From IMG/VR virus record IMGVR_UViG_3300045988_150343: a DNA stretch of 64,000 bases; one strand, given 5' to 3'. This DNA is from a virus. This document shows positions 41,856 through 50,708 of the stretch, piece after piece. Made by a program: the position numbers and the translations under genes. The notes under the pieces are model-generated. The model was not told where the DNA came from and searched no databases. It worked only from the letters and a program-made list of their open reading frames with translations. Position 1 is the first letter of the stretch; each line of letters begins with the position of its first letter.

Positions 41856-42233
41856 TTAGTTATTGGTTTCTATGTAAACTATCTCAGATTCTGAAAGAAT
41901 CGTAAACTTATAGTCCTTGAGATTTATGAACGGCAGAGTGTCTTCATCAAAGTTGACCTCTTTTCCGGCATACATACCATAAGTAACGATTGTACCAACC
42001 ATAAGTTGTTCCTTCGGGAAAAGTTCCAAATTATTACTTTGAATAATAACGCCTTTTCGAGGAAGGTCTTTTTCATTAATTACTGAAGATAGAATTATGC
42101 CACTCTGAGTGGTAATCTCTCCCGAAGGAGTACAGATAAGGACCTTTCCGGGAGAAGGGAGACCCTTACCTTTAAGTACCCTAGCTATTTGTTTAGCTAA
42201 GCATACTGGGATTTGTCTGTTAGGAAGATTCAT
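41856..42233 (-). CDS. GroES/Cpn10-like co-chaperonin
   Basis: KVLICTPSGEITTQSGIILSSVINEKDLPRKGVIIQSNN ... VGTIVTYGMYAGKEVNFD ... FTILSESEIVYIE parallels E. coli GroES [38 protein letters not shown] ... VGDIVIFNDGYGVKSEKID ... VLIMSESDILAIVE. Confidence 0.65.
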   Translation of the reverse strand: MNLPNRQIPVCLAKQIARVLKGKGLPSPGKVLICTPSGEITTQSGIILSSVINEKDLPRKGVIIQSNNLELFPKEQLMVGTIVTYGMYAGKEVNFDEDTLPFINLKDYKFTILSESEIVYIETNN

Positions 42234-42267
42234 TGTATCAACTTATTTAGTTTATATTTAAAAATAG

Positions 42268-42684
42268 TTATCCTTTTCTCAGGTTCGCATTCAAAGAACG
42301 GAGTATAGCTTCTCGGTTTTCATAAGCTCTACAGATGGCTATGAATTGATTTGCCTTATCCACAGCCTTGAGATATCGAGTGTATATTTGCCCATATTTT
42401 TTATGGGAATTAACCCTATGAGAAACATATTCATTTGACCACCTCTCATTAGCTTCCTTGAAATATATCCAGAGCTCAGAATAGGTAGCATCTTTTTCTC
42501 TTTCTAGCATATCCCGTCTTTTTATATATTTATCTCTCAGAGAGCATAGTATATAATAACTAGAGGGAGAAGCTTTAAGCTGGGAATTGATTAAATTCTC
42601 AGATATGCTTAGTTCTTTTTGAAGGTTTATTTCTAAGGTTCTACCTTGGAACTTTACCTTCAGGTTGTTAATCTCGGTTTTCAT
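42268..42684 (-). CDS. Hypothetical protein
   Basis: A 138-aa ORF. No motif recognised. Confidence 0.5.
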   Translation of the reverse strand: MKTEINNLKVKFQGRTLEINLQKELSISENLINSQLKASPSSYYILCSLRDKYIKRRDMLEREKDATYSELWIYFKEANERWSNEYVSHRVNSHKKYGQIYTRYLKAVDKANQFIAICRAYENREAILRSLNANLRKG

Positions 42685-42938
42685 CCGTGCATAATACTTT
42701 GATAGGGTTTGTTGTGGGTATGGGTTATAAAATAATCACTGGGTATTAAAAATCCACAGATAACGCAGGGTAACCCCTTAGGGGCTAATGTATCACGAAA
42801 ATACTGCAACTTGCTTACAGGGATGTAATTATTATGTTTACATCTCGGGCAGGTTGCAGTAATATTATCAGGTATGTTCTTGGATGAACTGTTGCTCATA
42901 TTGCTTAATCTCTTTACTGAAAACTTTTGGGTATTCAC
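42681..42938 (-). CDS. Small zinc-ribbon protein
   Basis: CPRC...(21 aa)...CVIC is a four-Cys arrangement. The ORF overlaps the 3' end of polA by 32-71 nt, depending on which start is used. Confidence 0.45.
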   Translation of the reverse strand: MNTQKFSVKRLSNMSNSSSKNIPDNITATCPRCKHNNYIPVSKLQYFRDTLAPKGLPCVICGFLIPSDYFITHTHNKPYQSIMHG

Positions 42939-45900
42939 TAATATCTAAACTCTTGTATTTCCTATGCTCTTCCATATATTCCTCTACTGAAAAATTTGGT
43001 TCAAGCATTTTTCTATAGTCATATAGAGGTATGAAAGGTAGTTCCTCTGCCATGGTCCTCCCGATAGAAAAGTCCATAGACATATTAACATCATCTATCT
43101 GAAAGCCAAAGTAATGTTTAGTACTTGGGTTCCTTAATATATTCCAGATAGTGTATACCGTCCATACATTTATGTACTGTGGTAGAGTATACTGATAAAC
43201 AGAGTCATGTACTGTGCAGCATTCCTCCATCCGGGGAAGTTTACCTTGCCTCATTAACCAATAAATGAGTACTGACCCAAAGTTAGTCATATTAGCTGCA
43301 GCTCCTTGACAATTACCGGTTATGATAGTTCGGTATCTTTTATCCTCCCCAATAACTCGAGTAAAGAAAGCTCCAGAAGGTACTGTGGGACACCATACTT
43401 TACCCTCATAGGGTTCTTTAGATAAATTATTCTCCGAGTTATAAGAGTTTCGGGTATTAACCGACTTACGGAAATTAGAGAACCTAACCCCATAACTTGT
43501 TTGGGTAGCCGTTATTGATTCTTGACCATATTTAGTTGGCTCTTTGAAGTAAGAGGTATCACCCTCATGAGATAACTCGAACATTGAGGAAGAGTTATTG
43601 CAGAGTACTGCAATAGCTTGTACAAGTTCAGCTTGGTCTCTTTTATTAGAAGCAAATATACTCCACCCATCTCCTAATCTCAAACTAGTTAACAAGAGCT
43701 CTAACTGATTCTGAGGTAAGGAGGAGATAAACTTCATGTCCATCCTTTTGCCCGGTACAATAGCATCTATCCTTTGTACAAAATCCTTGTCTAGGATAGT
43801 CCATACTTTGATATCACCGTGATGGGCTAAGTGTTCAGAGTACCTTACCCCTAAACTTTGTATCAACTCATCTATGATGTCTACCTTTTCCTTATTTGAT
43901 TTGATACTCTGAGTTATTCGGATATTACCTCTCCTCATCATATGACCATCAGTTAAATACCAACCTATAAAAGATATCCAAGCATCAGGGTATATTTTAA
44001 CATTAAGATTGTTATGTTCTGCTCTAATGGGTATAGCTAAACTCCTTCTAGAATTTAGTAACTCCTCAGAAGTTTTAATCCTTGTAGAAGTTAAGTCACT
44101 AATTCTTTTAGTAGAACTAACCACCCATCTATGGTCTGGAGTAGATAGTACGTCCAAATGTTTAGTCTTAAACCTTACCAATTCGCCCTTGTAATCAAAA
44201 ATATTTACCGAGATTACTGGCTGCCACTCAGATTTACCTGTTTCTCTATTGAAGGCAAGTATTTCATCTCCACGTTCTAGCTCCTCATAATTAACCCAAC
44301 CCTTAGTCTTACTTAATGCTTGAGATGTTGGAGTTAAACAGGGGAAATTAAGGCCAAGGCGTATGGCATAAGCCTGCTGTTCATGATCATCGCCCCATAT
44401 CTCAGGAAGTCTTCTCTTTGTTCCGAACAACTGTCGATAATAACCGTGCTTACGAAGGAATCTCTCTTGTTTATCCTTAAATTTCTTGATTTTAGGATGT
44501 TCTTCAAAAAACTCATCCATAATCTGTTTAGCCTCATCCTTAGTAACTACAAGCCCCTCTTTTGGGTCTGATAGTTTCTCAGCAAGTAGGCCAGGACCAA
44601 TACCATAAATAAGACCAAACGCAATCTGTTTAGCCTGTTTACGTCTACCTTTCCATAATTTATAATCCGGATGTTGTTCATCATTATAAGCAGCAATCGC
44701 TTCAGCGGGATCAGCATGATACTTATTAATAGCAATGGCAAGGTGAGGATCAACCCCTTCTCTAAATGCCTTAAGATAGGTCTCATCTCCTGAAAGATGA
44801 GCCATCATTCTTAACTCAGCCTGAGAATAGTCATATGCCAAGTAAAGTCTTCCTTTTGGAGCTATAAGTTGCTTTTTAATATTGGGGTCTACAGAGGTTT
44901 TAGGTATCTGTTGTAGATTGGGTTCTGCAGATGAATATCTATTAGAGTCGGTACCTATAATATTTATTCGCCCATGAAGACGAGAGTCAGATTGTACTTT
45001 CTCGTGCCAACCCAATATATAGGTCTTATACATCTTCTCTAAACCTCTAAGTTCAAGGAGTTTATCCAGAAAGATAGCTTTAGGAGAATTTGAGTTTTCA
45101 ACAGTTAGCCTTAACTTAATCAGGGTTTCCTCATCTGTACTTATCCCCCCAGAATCCGTGTTTTTTATAACAGGGAACTTAAACCCTTTTGGGTGAGTAA
45201 ACATAAGTAGAGGGAGAGTTACATTGGAATTAAGGTTGGGAGGATCTAGTAATGCTAACTCAGTCTTGGTCGTAAATACTCCAGCCCGTATATTTGCTAT
45301 CTTCTGCTCCCTCAAGGCAATCTTTCTAGCATTCTTTGGGTCACTGTAGTCCATTTCATCCAATTCATCCTGAATCTTTTGAAGATAAGTATCTATCTTC
45401 TCTTGAGCTAATAGTTTGGAGAACTTAACTACTCGGGGGAGTGACATAACAGTTTCCCTAGCAGCATCTATCTTTTCCTTGTAGGAGTGTAGAAGTTCCT
45501 CATTGAACTGGGTATCTATGTATAAACCACATTTTTCAAGGGAAGTTAGTACTCTTGAGCCAGTAGCAAATAGGTTACGGTAAGTATTATACATACCTAT
45601 ATCCATAAGCTTTTTCTCGAAGAACATACAAAGTCTGAGAGTATAGTCGGTATCCTGACAACCATAAAAACAAAGCGGTACGAGTTCCTTTCTATCCCAG
45701 GGTATCTTGTCGAATTGTTCTGCCTTTTCATAATCTCCCATACTTGGGAGGTATCTTCTAACCATTTCCTTTAGACCGTGAGGTTTCTCCTCGTTCAGCA
45801 AGTATTTCATTATCATGCCGTCTAATAGAGCTCCTCGATAAAATATCTTAAATAGATGTTCCCATATCTGACCATCAAACTTAAAGTTCCAAGCACATTT

Positions 45901-46203
45901 AGTGATATTGGGGTTTTCTATGAGTTGATGACCTATCCATTTGAGAGCTTTAAGCCTTTGTTTTCGGGGAAATTGTATACCCTTTGAAGCATAATACTCA
46001 TCAGCTTGGAAATGGTCAAGAGGTATAGCACAACCAAACCCAGGCATAAAGGATACCGATAGGATAGTTACCCTAAAGGTATCTTTATATATAGGCTCTG
46101 CATTCGTCTCAAAGTCGTTGCAGCAATAACCCATTTTCTTACAGGCTTTTATAAGCTGTTTAACCTCTTTTAGTGAGCTTAATATTTTATATCTTGTTTC
46201 CAT
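42868..46203 (-). CDS. polA: Family A DNA polymerase with 3'-5' exonuclease domain, interrupted by an intein
   Basis: Exo motifs CNDFETNA, NFKFDGQIW and YGCQDTDYTLRL. Pol motif A YDYSQAELRMMAHLSGD, motif B RRKQAKQIAFGLIYGIG, motif C TVHDSVY. The conserved N-F-P-x-Q-G-x-A-A block is split as LNFP / intein / CQGAAANM. Confidence 0.95.
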   Translation of the reverse strand: METRYKILSSLKEVKQLIKACKKMGYCCNDFETNAEPIYKDTFRVTILSVSFMPGFGCAIPLDHFQADEYYASKGIQFPRKQRLKALKWIGHQLIENPNITKCAWNFKFDGQIWEHLFKIFYRGALLDGMIMKYLLNEEKPHGLKEMVRRYLPSMGDYEKAEQFDKIPWDRKELVPLCFYGCQDTDYTLRLCMFFEKKLMDIGMYNTYRNLFATGSRVLTSLEKCGLYIDTQFNEELLHSYKEKIDAARETVMSLPRVVKFSKLLAQEKIDTYLQKIQDELDEMDYSDPKNARKIALREQKIANIRAGVFTTKTELALLDPPNLNSNVTLPLLMFTHPKGFKFPVIKNTDSGGISTDEETLIKLRLTVENSNSPKAIFLDKLLELRGLEKMYKTYILGWHEKVQSDSRLHGRINIIGTDSNRYSSAEPNLQQIPKTSVDPNIKKQLIAPKGRLYLAYDYSQAELRMMAHLSGDETYLKAFREGVDPHLAIAINKYHADPAEAIAAYNDEQHPDYKLWKGRRKQAKQIAFGLIYGIGPGLLAEKLSDPKEGLVVTKDEAKQIMDEFFEEHPKIKKFKDKQERFLRKHGYYRQLFGTKRRLPEIWGDDHEQQAYAIRLGLNFPCLTPTSQALSKTKGWVNYEELERGDEILAFNRETGKSEWQPVISVNIFDYKGELVRFKTKHLDVLSTPDHRWVVSSTKRISDLTSTRIKTSEELLNSRRSLAIPIRAEHNNLNVKIYPDAWISFIGWYLTDGHMMRRGNIRITQSIKSNKEKVDIIDELIQSLGVRYSEHLAHHGDIKVWTILDKDFVQRIDAIVPGKRMDMKFISSLPQNQLELLLTSLRLGDGWSIFASNKRDQAELVQAIAVLCNNSSSMFELSHEGDTSYFKEPTKYGQESITATQTSYGVRFSNFRKSVNTRNSYNSENNLSKEPYEGKVWCPTVPSGAFFTRVIGEDKRYRTIITGNCQGAAANMTNFGSVLIYWLMRQGKLPRMEECCTVHDSVYQYTLPQYINVWTVYTIWNILRNPSTKHYFGFQIDDVNMSMDFSIGRTMAEELPFIPLYDYRKMLEPNFSVEEYMEEHRKYKSLDISEYPKVFSKEIKQYEQQFIQEHT
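43312..44340 (-). mobile_element. 343-aa intein with a LAGLIDADG homing-endonuclease domain, inside polA
   Basis: Cys1 codon at 44340-44338 (LNFP|CLTPTSQAL). Block B TPDHRW. Two LAGLIDADG-type motifs FIGWYLTDGHMM and LLTSLRLGDGWS. C-terminal ...RTIITGN|CQGAAANM, with the Asn codon at 43314-43312 and a +1 Cys. In frame, 1029 nt. Confidence 0.85.
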
Positions 46204-46216
46204 ATAATAACATAGT

Positions 46217-46254
46217 AAGAGGAGACACCCAAAGAGTATTGGATATCTCCTCTT
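46217..46254 (-). terminator. Hairpin between the ThyA-like gene and polA
   Basis: AAGAGGAGA (46217-46225) pairs with TCTCCTCTT (46246-46254). Confidence 0.45.
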
Positions 46255-46277
46255 ATATTCATACTGAGTATGGGGGT

Positions 46278-47123
46278 TTAAATTTTATTCTTGAGTACGT
46301 CATCTATGTTGGATTTAAGGAATACCCAATCCTTTTTATAGGCATGAAGAGAATCAATGGTGTGATAGAGATAACCCACTTCTACCGCATCTTCATCAGA
46401 TTTTTTGTATCTATTTATGAGTTCAACCATATATTCCATGAGTTTCCAGGCCAAGTATACATCATTACCAAAATGCTGAACAAAGTCAGAACTTCTTTGA
46501 TGATAACAGATGTTCAGTTTACCATTACGGAGAAGGAAGTCGAAGTACATAGAGCAGGGAATGCGATGTGCACCATCCATGAAGTCTATGTCCCTTTCAA
46601 TGGTATAGCCATTAGGACATCCGTGACCTTCCTCGTCGTGATTGTAACGAGTATAGGTTCCATAGATTGGGAGAATTGCTTTGCGAGTATCGGGGTCTTC
46701 TGCCAGTTGGATAGCTATTGCCTCGATGAGTTTGTGGATACCCCCCTTATAGGTTACTGCCTGATTGATGCGTTCACCATAGGAGTAGTCGAAACGGAGG
46801 AGACCCTCTCCATCCTGAACCAGGAATTCCTCCCACATTTCAGGACGAAGTTTATATGCAGAACCAGGGTTTATTTCGCCTTTGATGCGTTCTGCAAATT
46901 CAGCCTCAGCCCAGGCTTTATCTTTGGTGAATGCGAACAGATACTGAACTTCATCGAGAGAAGTTAAGCAGTACTGCTCACATATTAATTCTTTAGTTAC
47001 AAAGTCATCATTACCTTCAATGTTCTTGTTTTGATAGGTCTTGGGTTTAACTTCTTTGCCCATTTCCCAGAGGTCTCTGCCCATTTCAGACATGAGCTCT
47101 TCGCAGTTTTCGTATATTCTCAT
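46278..47123 (-). CDS. ThyA-fold pyrimidine dNMP hydroxymethylase/thymidylate-synthase family protein (dCMP-hydroxymethylase-like specificity residue)
   Basis: DPDTRKAILPIY (compare T4 gp42 NPDSRRGIMIY). Catalytic Cys in IPCSMYF, followed exactly 20 residues later by HQRSSD. There is an Asp at +11 from that Arg (HFGND), the position that is Asn177 in E. coli ThyA and Asp179 in T4 gp42. Confidence 0.75.
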   Translation of the reverse strand: MRIYENCEELMSEMGRDLWEMGKEVKPKTYQNKNIEGNDDFVTKELICEQYCLTSLDEVQYLFAFTKDKAWAEAEFAERIKGEINPGSAYKLRPEMWEEFLVQDGEGLLRFDYSYGERINQAVTYKGGIHKLIEAIAIQLAEDPDTRKAILPIYGTYTRYNHDEEGHGCPNGYTIERDIDFMDGAHRIPCSMYFDFLLRNGKLNICYHQRSSDFVQHFGNDVYLAWKLMEYMVELINRYKKSDEDAVEVGYLYHTIDSLHAYKKDWVFLKSNIDDVLKNKI

Positions 47124-47127
47124 TGTT

Positions 47128-47469
47128 CTAAGAATTTAATTTGAGATATTGTTGATTAATTATGGGATATAATAGTTTAGCTGCTTCTATAGGTGTAACC
47201 GGCTTAAATCGGGGTTCATTTGAATAGGGTTTATTTTCTAAGAACATACCCATAGGCCTAGCCCAAGTTTGAGTTGGATGGAAGTCCTCTAACTCGGGTA
47301 CATATTCCTTGTACAGGTAAAGAGTTTCTCCAGTCTCTGAATGTATAGCTTCTCCTACCTTAGCTACAAGCTTACCCTTAAAGTGTACATATAAGTTACC
47401 CCAATCTTTAAGCCACTTTTCAATTTGATAGAGGGGTACTTCGTCTAACTTATTTACGAACTCCATCAT
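47128..47469 (-). CDS. DUF1653-like protein
   Basis: LYVHFKGKLVAKVGEAIHSETGETLYLYKEY...TWARPMGMFLE fits DUF1653 (YrHyKG..Y.v...a.hsEt.e..VvY......w.RP..mF.e). Confidence 0.6.
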   Translation of the reverse strand: MMEFVNKLDEVPLYQIEKWLKDWGNLYVHFKGKLVAKVGEAIHSETGETLYLYKEYVPELEDFHPTQTWARPMGMFLENKPYSNEPRFKPVTPIEAAKLLYPIINQQYLKLNS

Positions 47470-48382
47470 TAGCCTCCTTTCTTAGTTTTGCTAAATACTT
47501 TTGCTTGTACTTTCTCCTCTGAGAATAAGATATGCACTCTTCTGGGTATTCTATATCTTCATCCTCGATAGTTAAGTCTTTTGCCAGTAGAGGTTTATAA
47601 GGATAATTATCTCTTCGGATAACCTTATAAGATCTGAAAAATACCTTGAAACGAGAAAATTCGCTTTCAGGACCATTCATGAATTTCTTGAATATCTCCA
47701 TTACCCTTTGATACCAAGGGTTACTCTTATCCATACCTTTCATAACCTTTTTAATGGATTTATAGGTATTATACATGAGCAATGTTTCAACATTGCCATA
47801 CATCTGACAAGCAAAGATATTAATCTGAACTGGCTGGTCGGGCCCATATACGTATTCAGCCATCCTTTGAACAAGTAGAAGGTCAAAAGCCAGCCTCTTA
47901 GTAACCTCGGATGCTCTTAAGTGTATGGTGATTACTGGGGTATCCTGCTGGAACCTTTTAGAGAAAGTAGCCGTTAGTAGGCATTGCTTACCATTATCAT
48001 GGGTGTTATGAAATACGTAGGGTAAATTATAATTCTGGTTATACTTCTGCTTCATACAACGGATTCGGCTTCTAAGTAAGTCTAACTTATTGAAGTCGAT
48101 ATAATTGTTAAGCAGAGTAGTCCACTTACTATCCGTGTAATTAAAGTACTTACCGAAATCAAATTCGGGGTCCATCCATGCCCTCTTTATTCTAACGAAG
48201 ATGTTATAAGATACAGATACACCTGAATTAGCCGTACCTCCCTGATCGAATAAAGAAGGGTCGAGACGAATAAATGCCTCATTTATACCTTCCCAAGCCT
48301 GTTGAGAAGTATGGAACTCGAGATGATGGCATGTTTCATCCGTGTTCATCTCGAGCCCCAAGGGTTTATTCCATCCTGCCAT
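47450..48382 (-). CDS. Second, highly diverged ThyA/HMase-fold candidate
   Basis: GKQCLLTATFSKR...ITIHLRASEVTKRLAFDLLLVQRM. A Cys lies 22 residues before an R-A-S-E block, and an Asp lies at +11 (AFD, compare PFN in ThyA and RND in gp42). The similarity is weak and was judged by eye only. Confidence 0.4.
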   Translation of the reverse strand: MAGWNKPLGLEMNTDETCHHLEFHTSQQAWEGINEAFIRLDPSLFDQGGTANSGVSVSYNIFVRIKRAWMDPEFDFGKYFNYTDSKWTTLLNNYIDFNKLDLLRSRIRCMKQKYNQNYNLPYVFHNTHDNGKQCLLTATFSKRFQQDTPVITIHLRASEVTKRLAFDLLLVQRMAEYVYGPDQPVQINIFACQMYGNVETLLMYNTYKSIKKVMKGMDKSNPWYQRVMEIFKKFMNGPESEFSRFKVFFRSYKVIRRDNYPYKPLLAKDLTIEDEDIEYPEECISYSQRRKYKQKYLAKLRKEANDGVRK

Positions 48383-49257
48383 TAGTAGTTAGATTTTTGG
48401 CGAAAGCGATTAACCCGGTTCTTCTTAAAGAAGAGATAATAGAGATTTTCAGGTGTAATCCCCATTATTACGTGATAACCAAATAGTTTAGCTATGCCCT
48501 GGAAAAGGTGTTCAAAGTATGGAGCTTCATCAGAAAGTTCTCCACTCTGTTTCCAAGGTTTATTTTTTAGAAAGTTTCTACCAACTCCCAGGTGATACTG
48601 TATCTGCCATAGGTAGCTCATTTCTCGGTGATGAAAAAGTGAGGATAGGTTATGAAATCCAGGGCAATAGGATTTTACCTTAAGATAATCCTCGGCATTC
48701 TCAAAACGGTCTATGGATAACAGTTCATATTGAAGACTCCCGGTATCTTCTAGTATAACAGAATCAAACGAATTAAGTAACTTAGTTCCCGTTATCATAA
48801 GTAACTCTAGAAGTGGACGACTTTCACATTCTGAGTCTTCTGGTAATTGGCTTAATGCCCATTCCCTCAAATCCTGTGGAGTAATTCCGGCATATATGAG
48901 AAGCTCAAGGAAGAATGCCGAGGCATCTGCCTGTTCCTCATTGGAGTTCTGTATATGGTTAAGGAGCATCTTATACTCCTTATTAGATAAGAGGTCTAAG
49001 TTCCAACCGACTTTCTCCATCATTTCTACGGCATAATGGGTAGATTCATAACCCTCTGCCAATTCTTCTACTACTCGAGAAGCAAAATCCTTGAGAACTA
49101 CCTGAGACTTTTTAGAGTTGATGTTAATAGGGTATTGAGGTAGCCCCTCAATACGGATATAGCCTTCCATTAACTCTTTCTGCAGGTCGAACATTTTCTC
49201 GAGATAAGCTCCACCCTCTACTTTGGGTGGTTCCTCTTTGATGTTTCGAATATCCAT
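48382..49257 (-). CDS. All-alpha (dimeric dUTPase/T4 gp56 dCTPase-like) dNTP pyrophosphatase
   Basis: Metal-binding helices RVVEELAEGYES and EEQADASAFFLELLIYAGI. The C-terminus GITPENLYYLFFKKNRVNRFRQKSNY closely parallels the remembered T4 gp56 end GMNAEEIFKLYYLKNKENFARQDRGY. Confidence 0.6.
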   Translation of the reverse strand: MDIRNIKEEPPKVEGGAYLEKMFDLQKELMEGYIRIEGLPQYPININSKKSQVVLKDFASRVVEELAEGYESTHYAVEMMEKVGWNLDLLSNKEYKMLLNHIQNSNEEQADASAFFLELLIYAGITPQDLREWALSQLPEDSECESRPLLELLMITGTKLLNSFDSVILEDTGSLQYELLSIDRFENAEDYLKVKSYCPGFHNLSSLFHHREMSYLWQIQYHLGVGRNFLKNKPWKQSGELSDEAPYFEHLFQGIAKLFGYHVIMGITPENLYYLFFKKNRVNRFRQKSNY

Positions 49258-49296
49258 ATAAAATCTGTTTATTTGAATGTTAAGTTAGAATAGTCC

Positions 49297-49959
49297 TTAG
49301 ATCGAGTAATGGGCATCACGTAATGCGAGTTCGTCTTCTAAGGAAAGTTTCACACCGTCGCTTGAACCAAAACCTTTATCTCCTCGGGTCCCCCAGTTCT
49401 TAGCCATATCTTCGTATAACTGTTTAGGTATCTCCTCTGGTTCGGTATCAAAAATGGGTACATGAATAAACTGTACTATCTTTTCTCCGGGTTTCAGAGT
49501 TACGTTAGAATTACTAGTATTTATGAGAGAGATGTGTACTTCTCCAGTATAAGGAGAGTCTACTATCTCAGCTCCAAAAATAAGACCCTTTTTAGTGCAT
49601 ACTCCTGACTTATTAGCTGCCATAAACATAGATTGCTTGGGTTCGAGTAATACCCGAATACCAGAGGGGATAAGGATACGAGCATGAGGTCTGATTGTTA
49701 CAGCATCAATGGGCTGATCATATAAGTATAGAGGATCATTTTGGCCTGAATCATGGACCCAACCATGGGCCCAGGTATCTTTTCCCACGGTAAATTCTAA
49801 CCCATAAGTATTAAGTACCTGTTCAGCTTGTTTTTCTAAAAGCTGGTTGACTGTTAAATCTTCGGGGAAGAAGAAGTCAAGTCCAGCATCCCCCGAATTT
49901 GCCCGGGCTAAAGGTTTTACCTTTCGTACTCGGGTGTAACGAATGGATGGTCTGTTCAT
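49297..49959 (-). CDS. dut: Trimeric dUTPase
   Basis: All five motifs in order: SGDAGLDF, RILIPSGIRV, KSGV..KGLIFGAEIVDSPYTGEV, GEKIVQFI and RGDKGFGSS. Confidence 0.85.
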   Translation of the reverse strand: MNRPSIRYTRVRKVKPLARANSGDAGLDFFFPEDLTVNQLLEKQAEQVLNTYGLEFTVGKDTWAHGWVHDSGQNDPLYLYDQPIDAVTIRPHARILIPSGIRVLLEPKQSMFMAANKSGVCTKKGLIFGAEIVDSPYTGEVHISLINTSNSNVTLKPGEKIVQFIHVPIFDTEPEEIPKQLYEDMAKNWGTRGDKGFGSSDGVKLSLEDELALRDAHYSI

Positions 49960-50351
49960 TGTTTTAATTCTTTATATATTTTGCGTACGATTTTCTTAGG
50001 CACTTCAAACTTCTCAGAGGTTTTAATTATAATCTCCTTACGTTCTTTACCTTTCCGGATTAATCCTCTCATGTACTTCTTCATCCCTGCTACATCTTCC
50101 AGAATATCCAGATCCTTGTATTGGTTTTTCTCTTCAAGTTCCTTGCGAGTAACCTTCAGCATCTGAGACATTTTGATAGCACATAATTCGGAGTCTCCAC
50201 AGAGTTTACATTCCTTAGTGGAAAGGTCGTATGCTTTACCAAAGCAGGGGTCGGAATTAATATCCCCGATTTCCTTCAGGTTAAGCGGAGTAAGAGGATC
50301 ATGTTTAGTAAGTATTTCCTCTGAAGTTTTCTTCTTAAGTTTCTTAGCCAT
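49956..50351 (-). CDS. Hypothetical Cys-containing basic protein
   Basis: The ORF track start is 50375. I prefer the ATG at 50351 (MAKKLKKK). It contains CFGK...CKLCGDSELC. Confidence 0.5.
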   Translation of the reverse strand: MAKKLKKKTSEEILTKHDPLTPLNLKEIGDINSDPCFGKAYDLSTKECKLCGDSELCAIKMSQMLKVTRKELEEKNQYKDLDILEDVAGMKKYMRGLIRKGKERKEIIIKTSEKFEVPKKIVRKIYKELKQ

Positions 50352-50384
50352 GATAATTGTGTTTAATAGGTACAACCCAAAATC

Positions 50385-50708
50385 TTAGTAGTCATCTAGT
50401 TTTCTGAGTTGTGGAGTATAACATTTAATTAATAGTCCTGAGATATTCAATGAGGCGGGAAAGAGCCTTCTCCACCACTTCAAACTATTTATAGCCTTTA
50501 TGTGTAGATTATAAATGAAGAGATCCTTTTCTGGCTCCATAGGTTTACCCTCTTCTATGGGCACTACTTGAGTAAGTTCTATGATTATAGAGGGGTAGAT
50601 ACATTGGAAGGAGTATTCCCGGGTAACTCCAGTACTGTTGTGGCATATTCTGGGAGTTACGGTTATTAAGTTCTTCAGATTAAGTCTGTTGTAATGCACG
50701 GGTTTCAT
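50385..50708 (-). CDS. Hypothetical protein
   Basis: A 107-aa ORF. No motif recognised. Confidence 0.45.
   Translation of the reverse strand: MKPVHYNRLNLKNLITVTPRICHNSTGVTREYSFQCIYPSIIIELTQVVPIEEGKPMEPEKDLFIYNLHIKAINSLKWWRRLFPASLNISGLLIKCYTPQLRKLDDY

Noticed and set aside
46173-46967. 264-aa plus-strand ORF
   Set aside because: It is antisense to the well-supported ThyA-fold gene 46278..47123, with no promoter and no motif. The whole region is transcribed leftward.
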